Assembly (NCBI GenBank): GCA_051362555.1
Contig: CM120643.1
Coordinates: 2,356,001-2,420,000 of the forward strand
Origin: Lingula anatina
Lineage: Eukaryota > Animalia > Brachiopoda
Length of the DNA: 64,000 nt
Direction of reading: 5' to 3'
The position numbers and the translations under genes were made by a program. Below are positions 13,001 through 25,000 of the stretch, in pieces; the stretch's first letter is position 1; every line of letters begins with the position of its first letter. The notes below the pieces were generated by a model. That model was not told where the DNA came from. It saw only the letters and a list, made by a program, of their open reading frames with translations, and searched no databases.

Positions 13001-16000
13001 AAGACGACCTAAATCTGCCCCATGTGAAGTAGCCCATGTTTAAAGATGTTCATTTTAAGGACATTAAATAAGTTATGGAAATAATAAGAGAGCTGCCTGT
13101 AATACCAGGAAGAACTGATATTTTGTTTACTATCATAAATAATATACTTAATGTGTAATGATAAATGACACCTGCTTTAAAGAATAGGTGTCAATTATTC
13201 TCAAAATAAGATAAGGGCCCCATATCTCGAAAGGTTCACTATGTTGCGCAAATGCGCAAGTGTCTCAATTCTATAACACATTCTATTTTAAGATACGGTG
13301 AAATGGAATCGAGACACTTGCGCACATGTGAAAGTGTCTGACTTCTCTTACTGTACACCCACTCCTGACTGTCTCCCTACATAATACTATAAACAAAATA
13401 TTTCTAGCTTTACTAGCAGTTCCTATATATCCATACCTGTAGCTGTTTCACTAACATGACAGAAAAGTTGACAAAATATTTTCACACTTAATACAAATTT
13501 CTATTATGCCCAGTAGTAGTTTTACTATAAAATCAATAACATGAACACAATAAAGATCAGAAAAAAGCCTGACCCAAATTCCATACAGGTAACTTATAGA
13601 AAAGAACTGAGTAGGTCAAATAAGGTGAATGCAGAGAGACATCTGCGTATGAAAACAACTTTGTAACAAATACTGAACAATGCCCTAAAGACGGAATCAA
13701 AAAGGAAAATGTAAACTGCAGACCCCAAGGGTGTAACTGAAAATCCACAAGCAGAAAGTTTAAGAACTGTGATAGTTAATTACTTTGTGAGCTGTGTTTT
13801 GTGCCTTGAGGAGTATAAGGACCCAACTAATTTACCATGTACATGTAGGCATACATTTTGTAAAGGTTGTCTGAAGGACTATATTCCTGACTTAACACCA
13901 GGAAGTAAATTCAGATGTCCCGTGTGTCAGAAAGAAACTGAAGTTCCTAAAGATGGACTTGAGGGCTTTACTTACAATTTCTTCATTGAAAGCTTGCAGG
14001 ACACTGTACTTCAACACATAAGAAAAAGTGCAGCTCTTGTGCTCTGGTATCCCAAACTGAAACGGTGGCTACTTCAGAATGTATCACTTGCCATGACTAC
14101 CTATGTGAGAGATGTTCTCCATTCCACTGTGCTACCACACACACTAAAGATCACAGGGTACTCACTTTTCAACAACTTCACAGCAGTGAGTATCAAAAAG
14201 AAGTCCAAGAGCAGCAAAAGATTATCTGCCCAGAGCACAAAGGTGAGATGATACGATACTTTTGTTCAGACTGCAATGTCCCCGTCTGTCGTGACTGCAG
14301 AGATCTACACCATGATGGTCACAAACTTATCTCCCTTGAAAAAGCTGCAGAGATGGTTAAGCCACAACTTGAAAACAAATGTCATTTTCTTGAAAGAAAA
14401 TTAGCAACAGGAGAAAAAACATAACTTAACTTTAATAACACACTTGCAACCTTCCTTGAAAATGAAAACTCTGTTCAGCAGCAGATAAAAGCTCATGCAG
14501 CTAAAACACGTCAACTGCTAGATCAACAAGAGCAGACCTTACTACAGGAGCTTCACAAAACCAGCAGCACTCACAGGAAGAATTTACAAACTTCCTATGA
14601 CAACTGCAGTACCACTTGCTCCTCTATCAAAACCACAATAGATGTAGTAAAGAACATCCTTCAGCATGGTGCCCCCATAGATGTCCTCATGTTACAACAC
14701 CAACTTGGACAGAGACTAGATGAGCTACAGTCCACTTCAGCTGTGGAAGAAATTCCTGAAGAAATACACCTTACACTACAGACCAGTGATTAATACCCCG
14801 TTCACACTTCAATCTGAAATATCCGAATTTTTGCAATGCGAATTACGGGCGAAAAATCCGATTCGGTTTTCTGGCCACACAGCAAAGGGAAACCGAATCG
14901 CGAACTGAAAATCCAGGTGGAGGTTCCGGTTTGAAAAATCGCCCATGCGCAGAATCCATGAAAACAAATATATGGCACCAATCATTGCTCTTCCCGCACT
15001 CTTTTTTCTCGCGTGTTTGTTTTTGGAACCTCAAATTTATCCCAAAGGTCGTCAAAGGAAGATTCAAGTAAGAAGAGGAAGGATTCTGCCTCCATATGTC
15101 AATTAAACAAGAAATTTCTTTGTGGGTCCACTGAGCTGGCATGTTGCTTTTCCCGCGAGATTTGCTAGTGCATGCGCAGTGCGATCTATACAGGTGGCCC
15201 TTCCAGTAAAGTAACCGAATCGCTGGAGAAAATCCAGCTCGCTAGTAGGATTTTTAGAAACCGGTTTACAAAAATCCTCATGCGTTTAGACTACCGCAAT
15301 GATTCGAAGCTCGACCTAATTCGCTATTTAACCGGTTAAATGACTGCAGTGTGAACGGGGTATAAATAGAGGACCCTGTTCAAGGAGAGCTCATCGTCTC
15401 CCAGTTGTATCATCTGCATAAGATATAATAAGAAACTCTGTATTGTTAATATTAATTCCATTTACGTCAGGGTCTGTCTTAACTGTGGCCGAGAAAATTT
15501 CTAAACAAAGAATAAAAAGATATGGGGACAGGGGGTCTCCCTGTCGTACACCCCTTTTTACCATAAAGAACTCCGAAAGATGGCCGTTATTTTGTATTGT
15601 AGAGGAGATATCAGTGTATTAGGTTTTAACCCACTGTATCATGGTGCGACCAAAATTAAAGAAAGATAAAGTTTCAAATATGAAGTTCCATTCTAAGGAA
15701 TCAAAAGCCTTTTCGTAATCGAGGAGAAGTAATAATCCGGGAATTTGTTCATTTTCTGTTCTTTCTATTAAGTCATATACCAGTCTGGTGCATTCACCCA
15801 TGAATCGGCCTTTTACAAACCCAAGCTGTGTGTCACTTATCAGTTTTTTCAAAAAAAGTTTCATACGGTTTGCAATGCAGGCTGACGCAATCTTATAATC
15901 AACATTTAGCAGTGAGATTGGTCTCCAGTTATTTAAATAGTTTTTATCTTTTCCGGCCTTAGGGAGACAAGTTATATGTCCTTGCCTGTGGCTTATTGAC

Positions 16001-19000
16001 ATACATTGTCTAATGAACGAAACGTTGAATGAGCGTACAATGAACCCAGACAGCCTCAGTGATCTGGCCCACGTCTGGCCCAGATCTGGCAACGTCTGGC
16101 AATGTCTGGCAAAAGGTATGGCTTGCCACATGTGGGCCAGATGTGGCAATGTCTGGGCCAGATCTGGCCCAGACATTGCCACATCTGGCCCAGTCCACAT
16201 TTGCTCATATGGCCAGATGTCGGCCCAGATCTGGCAATATCTGGCAAATGTATGGCATGCCAGGTGTGGGCCAGATATGGGCCAGATCATATTCAAATGG
16301 GCCAGATTAGGGCCAGACATGGACCACATATGGCCCAGATTGTTTTTTTTTATTATTTCACATTTGCTCGTGTGGCCAGATCTGGCCCAGATCTGGCAAT
16401 ATCTGGCAAAGGTATGGCATGCCGGATGTGGGCCAGATTAGGGCCGGACATGGACCACATATGGCCCAGATTGTTTTTTTTTTTTTTTTCTTTTTTTAAT
16501 TATTTTTAATTATTCAATAAGATAACTATAAAAAAAGACATACAAGATTCAAGATTCAAGTATTTATTCTGTGCTAAAAGCCTAAACAAAATTATTACAC
16601 ATTATATAACCTTGCTGGCAACTAACATGCAACAAATTAAGGGCCACTCCTTGTCTTTTTGTACAAAACAATTTGTATGTTTGAAAAAAAAAAAAAAAAA
16701 AAAAAAACCACACTGCAAAAAGGCAAATATACAGACACTTAACAGGAGGAAATGTCACTTACATACATGTAAAGAAAACAGTTATAACAACAATTTTTTT
16801 TCAACACAAAGCTGCTCATCGAATCTGAATTAACACAAATTACAAAAATTGTAATTAATTATGCATGTACATGGGGGGGGGGGGGATTTGAGGGGGAAAT
16901 ATTTTTGCACACCTCAACCTAAATAATATTATACATTGTCATTTTTAAACTAATTCAAACATATCATTAATAATAATAATCACTAATGAATATAGTTTTG
17001 TAATGAATAAATCTTGAATAATGAATGAAAAAACATTCTTTTTTAGATGATGGAGAGTTATAACAAAATTATAAATAACCATGCAGTAACTGTTTCAATT
17101 CAACTTGCATGCTGGCTACAGTACTGTACATACATGTAAATTCTGAAAAAAAAATATGTATACTCCAGCACAGATATAGATGTACAATTAAAAGAGAATT
17201 ACATGTGCACAAAAACAAACCCCAGTATCAATGCTTTTGAATTAAATCACATCACGAATCAAATCACTCAATGAATTGAACCAGTTTGCAATGCTTGCGC
17301 TTTTTTCAAATCCATAACACTAAGAAATGATACACCCGCCTCCTTGACAAGCTTATAATTATTAAAGGAATCAACAATGGAACAAGTAACTCTACCAAGT
17401 TAACAAAAGTTCATTCAAATGTCAAGTCCAAACACAACATCCCTTCCTTTCTTGGAGAGAAACGGTCCTTTCAAAACATGTTAATTGACAGTTCAGTCTT
17501 TAAAATGTCTTTTCAAACATTTGCAGAATAGCATATGAACTCCAACTTTTATTCCTTAAACCAAGGAGTTATAACAGAAGGAGATTACACGCAAGCCTTT
17601 CTATTGTCCGATGTCTGTTACGGTGGGCGGAGCTAGCTACGGGGGGCCTCCGGTCTCAAGGTTTCGTCTGCGTCGCTCTCCTCAGCTTGGAGATAAATTT
17701 CATATGCGTTATTTCGCGTTAGAATTCGAGATCAGAAATGTCAAAGCGCCGCTGTATGCTGACGATTTTTTTCACAGGTAATTATTTGGACGATGTGCTG
17801 GAAGGGAACGATATCATAGAAAGCGATTATAAGGTGGTGACTGAGGATGGTCGCCATGAGCTTTTTTTTAGTCGGTGATAGATGGCTTTTTTATGGCACA
17901 ACCCGGTGAAAAATCACCAAGGAGAAGTCAAAAGAAAACGTCCCAACTGTGGTTTGTGAAAATGACATTCAAGTGAACGTCTGTCCTCACTGCCAAAGGA
18001 CATAATATTAATACATTAACGTTTGGACCCTCCTGCCCTTGGGTCCCATAAACATATACATTGTGACAGTGCCTACGCTTTGTGTCTGGTTTGAAATTTC
18101 TTAAAGTATTTTTTCTCTCACTCGGTATAATTTTAATATTATAATGCATTTAATTAAAATTTTAATCCAAGGTTGAGGCAATGCCACGACACGTCAGTTT
18201 ACTGAATACTCGTTATAAATTTCTTTATCTTGGAAATTTCCCTTTTTTTCAGGATTATTTGACACGTACTAACACTGTTCATATTTGTCGGTAAACAAGT
18301 GCACAGTGCTATACATTAAGAATAATTTTTATTCATTCATAAATATATTTATGTACAAAATATATCAGAAATTTTAGTATTCACTGAGCTCTTTAAAGTG
18401 AAACAAATAAAGATGAGAATATTGAATTTCAAACTATTATTTACTATATTAACTTAAAATATCTTTAAAGTCAACTCTATACTCAAGCGCTCTATACTCA
18501 TGAAAGTAGCATCTGTGAGTAAAACCATTTTATTATATCAATAGAAGAACAAAAACAAAAATTTTACACATAAGCAGTAATAAATGAAGTCATAAGAATG
18601 ATTAAGTTGCTACAGTTTTCCAGTTTTATGCAGTCTATGATGGCATTTTTTTCAACCGTGCAAATAGAAATAATTATATTCTTTTTTATTTGACTTGCTG
18701 ATACAAGTCTGTGCCAGATACTATTCCACTTACAGGCCAGCAAGGTCTGAGAATCTAATGGGCCGAATGAAAAAAAAAATCCTAGAAGATGAAGTGGTTA
18801 ATTCTTACAAATAGGATAAAAAACATGGGATTTTCAAAAGGTTATTTTAGATCACGACAACACTTAGTAAGAACATTTATAAAATGTAACAGCTGAAAAA
18901 ATTAACTGGTAAGTAAGCAGTAAGTGACTGCTTTAAAGAAATTTCACTGAAACAGAAATTTCACTGGCAATCAGGTAGACTGTTATACCATGGCACTCAA

Positions 19001-22000
19001 CAATTTATATATATAGGTTTTGAATTTTTTTCCACGTAACAGTAACATAAAATGTATGTCCACTTTTGCAATGTATAGAGTCAGTTAGGTGACTGAAAAT
19101 ATTTTAAAATGTCATAAAGGAGCACTATTAATTAAATGCAATCTCTGTTGGCCAGTCTTATCCAGTTTCTTCTCCAAAAAGGACAACACAAGTGAGAATT
19201 TCTTCAGGGCCTTTTCTTCTGCCTTGCTAATGCCATGCCACTCAGAAAAGAGAGAAACCTGTAGGTTAGAAAAAAAAAAACATAAAAATAGCATTATGAA
19301 CTACTAGTATCCCAGTGATTGCGAAAGCCGTCGGACCACGGCCATATGCCGGCAAAAGTTCTGTGGGCTGGAAAACCCTTTTAACTCATCGGCCCACATG
19401 TCCGACGGACTAAAGTCAGTTTCTTTAACAGACACCTCACCTCATATTTGAATTTATCGTAAAGCTCTAATTACGCACTATTCGCAAGTAAAACTTTAAC
19501 TTGCGCCATACTGGCGCGTTTTGTAATAAAGGTCTACGTACATTATGATGTCGCTTGAAGTGTGCGTAGCGATGGTGTGAGGGCTGACATGTGACCCGTT
19601 TCACAAAAAAATGTATCAAAACTGAAACAACTACAGGTCAACGTACTGCTCAAGACTCTGAAAACAGGCCGCTCAAACTGCTTACGACTGGCCACGCGCG
19701 GACCTGTGAGAACACCTAACTACACGTGCTGGATAAACAAGTATGGCTTCCGTCGGACTGCATGTTGAGTAAACGATAAGTGAAAAGGAGAAATATTCAT
19801 TTGCTTTTTAGATGGGTGCTCTTAACTAATTTTAACGGATATTTTAAGTCATATTGCGCCTTTAGCGGTGCTATATGTCAAAATGAGGGACAACATCATT
19901 TTCCATGCGGAAAATCCGCAATGGCACAGTCAGGGTGCAAAACTGTCCATTACAGTATATTCATCTAAACTTTAGTCTTAGATATTGAATAAAAATTCTT
20001 TTCAGACTCTGGCCTGTAGCCAGGGATGGTTCAGGGGTTTCGAAAGAACCGCCTCTTATGCTGACAAAAGGTCCACTCTTGGTAAAATTTGATCTAGGTA
20101 CATGGCGTTTTTATGGAAAAAGACCCTCCCCCCCCCCCTTTTAAAATCGCTGGCTACGGGCCTGCTATGAGAGCAATAGTTTTATTTTACAATAAAAATG
20201 GGATTTGTCTACCTTTTCCATGTAGTGCAATTATTTGGCATAGTACAATTATCAATTCTGAAGATTTTTCCATTACGTACTGTACAATTTTTCAGACAGT
20301 ATGTTTATTTTGGAAGATTTTTCCACACACTAGTGACTACAATTATTTAGGACTTCAGAGTAGTAGCATTAAGCCTTTTTTCATTGATTTTAATCATATA
20401 AAAAAATATTGAAATACAATGAATTTTCTTTAAATAATTCACGGCACACATTTTTAAAAAATGGCACACTTTTTTTGACCAAGTGGGCCAAAATGGCCCG
20501 ACCAGATTTTGACCCAGGACAATCCCTGCTAACAGGCAAGCATTTTTCCAAGAGTGAAAATCTAAAAAAACGTTACAAAAGTTGGAAGCTCCACTTCACT
20601 ATGACTTATGTTTTAATTTAAGTCAAAAATTGGAATAAAATTTACAAAGGATACATGATCTTGTGTTAAAAGATTAGAAATTAAGATAGGCAACCCAGAT
20701 GTAAAAAGGATAAAACTTAAATGCCAGAAAGCAACCAAAATGAAAGACGTTTAAACTTAAACCTTTAAACATCATCCTATTACATCTGGCCTGAAAATTA
20801 AAAAGCAACGATTTAAAATGCCAGACAATAATATTCATCAAAAATGAAGTGAAAATATACAGCTTGATTATTTTGTTGTGGGCCGGTAAAAAAAGGTGTG
20901 GGCTGACAAAATTTAATTTGCTCCAGCCCACATGTCTGGTAAGTTTTCAATCTCTTTCGCAATCACTGGTATCCATGTAGACATTATGGAATTACGCAGT
21001 GAAGTTTAATGTGTCTTGTTATGACTTGACTGAAATAATGTTCACCACATAAATGAACAATTTACAACTAAATTTATATAGTACATCAAGATTCATGATC
21101 ACAAGCTAATAACCCCAAGAAATTGAAAGAAATTGTACTTATTACAAGAAATTATTTAAATCCGCCCTGGTTCCTACTCTTCTGACAGGACAAAAAGGGG
21201 ATTTCAGAGAGCGGGTTGCTAAAAGGAAAATGCCCAAGGTTGTTGTATTTTGAAAAAAAAATTAAAAAGGGTACTGTTGTTAGTGAATGTTTAATGCATC
21301 TTAGGCATTATCAAAAGTAACTTACCCCAGACACACTGACCTCCTTTTTTCATTGACATATTTTAATTTTTTCCAGCCTGACCATAATTCATATATTCAA
21401 TGCAGCCTTCTCCCATATCTATAATAGAAAAAAAAAAACTTGAGTAGTGTTAAGATATGCATGTCAAATTCATTATCAATTTTGAGAGAATTTCTGTTTC
21501 AACACTACAAGATGAAATATTTAATTTCAAGTAATGAATAAACCTTAATAGAGTTCTATTCTTTTGTAACCACCAAGGCAAAGCTTCTTTCTTAAAATGA
21601 ACTGAAACATCCAAGCTTGCCACCTAACATGCCAAAGTAGTGAAGTATAATTTAAGTAGAGAAGCAAGTACCCCTTAATTATAGAGGTGTCTCACACAAT
21701 AAGGTGTGTCTTACACACCTTGACTCAAAGAGAGATGTGTAGTGAGATAACAGGTAAAGTAATTGGTGGAGCCTAGGTGAACTTAAAACCTTAAGACTTT
21801 AAATTAAGAAGCACCAGGATTCATGTGTGTTCTTTTTTTCAATAGTTTAATATGAATTAAAACATATATATGTAAAAAGAAGACTAAATAAGTTAAAAAT
21901 AACTATACCAAAGACACTGTGAAGTCAAACTTCCTGTTAGACCGCCATGATGGAAAATGCTTGGTGGAGGCAAAATTTTCCAGTCAAAAAAACTGAGCAC

Positions 22001-25000
22001 TTTACATTAACAACAAAGTTACCAGTCCAAAGCCACCCACCATGGTGAGAAGAAAAATGATGACCAACTGTCATGATAAGTCTTTTTAGATTTAAACATG
22101 AAAAAGGTAAAGGCCAAAATGGTACATTTACCCATAACACTAGAGTAAAAAATTGGTATTCTGAACAAATCAGGTTATTTTTTTCAAGAAATATTGGAGC
22201 AGTATCCATGCAATATATACCACGCCACGACCAAGATGTTCAAGAATCTAAACACACCAAATTTTTTTATAATCTTGCATTTGAAAAGTACAAAAAGCGG
22301 TAAGGCTTTTGGCCGTAACAAGCGTAACACTTTTTGATCGGAACTCATGAAAATTGTCAATTGTCGTATCCAAGCTAGACCACATGTAAAATCGCAAAAA
22401 AAAACAATACTGCTCAAGCAAGTGTGTTGCACACATAACAATTAGTTAAATTTTATGACTGTCATGTGACACAAGTTTCAAAAAGTAGGAGGAAAATGTC
22501 TTTTGGAGTAATTTTTTTTCGAAATATTAACAAGATGGCGGCTTAAGCATCTGCTTGTTATTCGGCTACTGAAAGTGCACCTAAGTTTTACTCTTTGCTA
22601 TTGCCACAAATTACTTAACAATTGCAACTGTATAAAGACCAAACTTTCTTCATCTCATACTATATTTATAGGCACTTGTTATGAGTGGGAAATATTTTTC
22701 GTGCAATATTTATTCTCCACACACCACCTCGCGAGATCAACATGTAGCTGGACACTTACACAGTGAGACCCTACGACATAAAAGTTGCAATTTATCTTCA
22801 TATTTCGTGTAGTTATGCATTTAAAAGCACTTACCTGTTTTTTGAAAACCTTGTCCAACGTAATATCATATAAATTCTGTATTTCTCTCATTTTTTAGAA
22901 ACTTGGGACTCCGTTTCTGTTTCTGACCTCAAAAATCAACAGACGAAGGCACAGATACTAACAAACGAGATTTAAACGAGAGTAGCAATTAAGCGTAACA
23001 GAGATAGGCATCCATTGTTCTCTGGGTTCTATTCATTCCGACCAATGAGAGACCGTAATACGGGCTCCGCCCCCACGCGTGTAATCTCCTTCTGTTATAA
23101 CTCCTTGCTTAAACCACACTGAAAATTCTCAAAACTAATCAACTCATATCAAATCCCATGTCCTTTCACTACTACTGGTCTCTTCCTTTGCTTGCCTTTA
23201 CGTCATATTCAAATGTTCCCTTCACTTTTAAAGATTTCTCAGACGTGTACATGAATAATACTGTTTGTTTTCTGGTCCTCCACAAGAGCCACATTTATTT
23301 TTCTTGGATTTCAGCATTCTCCATGTATTTTCATCAATGATATTACAATATGCACCTGAATCTGGTAATACACTGAGATTAACACCTCCTCTATTTCCTC
23401 CATGTCTTCTGTGCATTGGTTCCCACACCAAATGTATATGCACTCCTGGATTTTCATGTTCAAAGCTGTCATTTACATGAATAATAGTTTCAGTTTTGCA
23501 GAGTTTTGCAAAGTGATCCAACGTTCCATGTTTTCTCAGTCAGGGAGTATCTACTTCGTTTTTCATGTCTAAACTCGTAATGTTTAGACTGGCTTGGTTT
23601 GTCAAATGACTTCAGTTTCATCATACTCAGTTTCTGGTGTTCCAATTTCATTCAAAGCGTTAACTGTCTTATGTATATTCATGTTTCTAACCTGTGTTTG
23701 GGAGAGTCCTGAAAATATCTTGTAAGTTGTACACCTGTCCCTGCTGAATACAACATAAGCGCGCGTCTCCTTTGTCATGTATTTTTAATTTTCTATCTTT
23801 GGTCATGTATTTTTAATTTTCTATCTTTGTTCATTATTCATGCCGTTCGTTGGTTTTGAAAAGATCAATCTTTTTCCGTCAGCGAAAAGTTTAAACTGTC
23901 TAGCCATCGCGTCGAGCGTGACCCAATGTCTCCGGACTTCTGTACGGTTCGAATTCCGTAATTTCACATTTTTTCTCCATTTTTTTCAAAGAAACTTGAC
24001 TCACAGTTTTGCACTAGTGTTTATCCTCGTCGCCAGTGTTGATGCCTTCGAAATAAATCGCACCACGAATCAAATCACTCAACGAAATTGTATCAGTTTG
24101 ATACGCTTGTGCTTTTTTCATATCCATAACTCTAAGAAACGCTACATCCGGGTCCTTGACCGGCTTAGCATAAAAAGCGGAATCTTACAACAGCGGAACG
24201 AGTAGTCCAAAAAAGTTTTAGATCAGTGAATTCATTCAAATGTCAAGTCAAATTAAACAAATAGCACACTTATGAGGGGACTTTGAAGAAAAAAGAGAGA
24301 GATAAATTAAATCAAAATTTATCAAATGACGTCAGTTCAATGCATTCAGCTCACTGGTCAATAAAAAATAAATAAATAGAAAATAAAAATTGAAAATGAA
24401 AGTACCATATCTGGCCCAAGTCTGGGCAGCATCTGGCAAAATGTGGCGTAAATGCCAGACTTTGCCAGACTTGGCCCAGATCTGGCAAGTGTCTGGCAAA
24501 ATGTGGCATAAATGCCAGACTTTGCCAGACTTGGCCCAGATCTGGCAAGTGTCTGGCAAAATCTGGCCCAGATATTGCCAGACGTTGCCAGATCTGGGCC
24601 AGACGTGGGCCAGATTATTGAGGCTGTCTGGGAATTGTTTCAAGTCGGACCAAAAGAATTTACAGAATTCCACTGTGTATCCGTCGATACCAGGCGATCG
24701 GCCATTCTTCATGTTTTTTAAAGCATTACGACATTCCAGCGTAGTAATTTCTTTCTCCATTTGGTCGCGTTCTTCATCTGTTAATTTATCAATATGGGGA
24801 TTGTCATTTCTCATAAATATCTGCCTGTGTACTTCAGTGAGTTTTGTTTTATCTGTGGAATAGAGGCTTTCATAATATCTTTTTTGTTCCTTAATAATAT
24901 CATTCAATTTTGTCAGTTCTGTCTTATCAGCTTTGACTAATTTTGCATTAGTTTTTTCTGTATAATTTCTCTTTTCTAGATTGCAGAAGTATCTACTACT

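Larger units (their letters stand above)
16045..24632. mobile_element. EnSpm/CMC-like non-autonomous DNA transposon (8.6 kb) inserted into the LINE RT
   Basis: TIR CCCAGACAGCCTCA..TGAGGCTGTCTGGG, 2-bp AA duplication, arrays of GCCAGATCTG-type subterminal repeats in inverted orientation; removing it restores LINE peptide DLKQF-IVRSFN. Confidence 0.8.

Noticed and set aside
16010-16509. Overlapping repetitive ORFs and CRISPR-like periodicity (also 24351-24863)
   Set aside because: Subterminal repeats of the EnSpm-like transposon; no unique spacers, no cas genes, eukaryotic context.
19112-19258. Candidate MTBP exon inside the large intron
   Set aside because: Wrong phase for the exon 8 donor, lies inside a transposon, and exons 8 and 9 already join collinearly.
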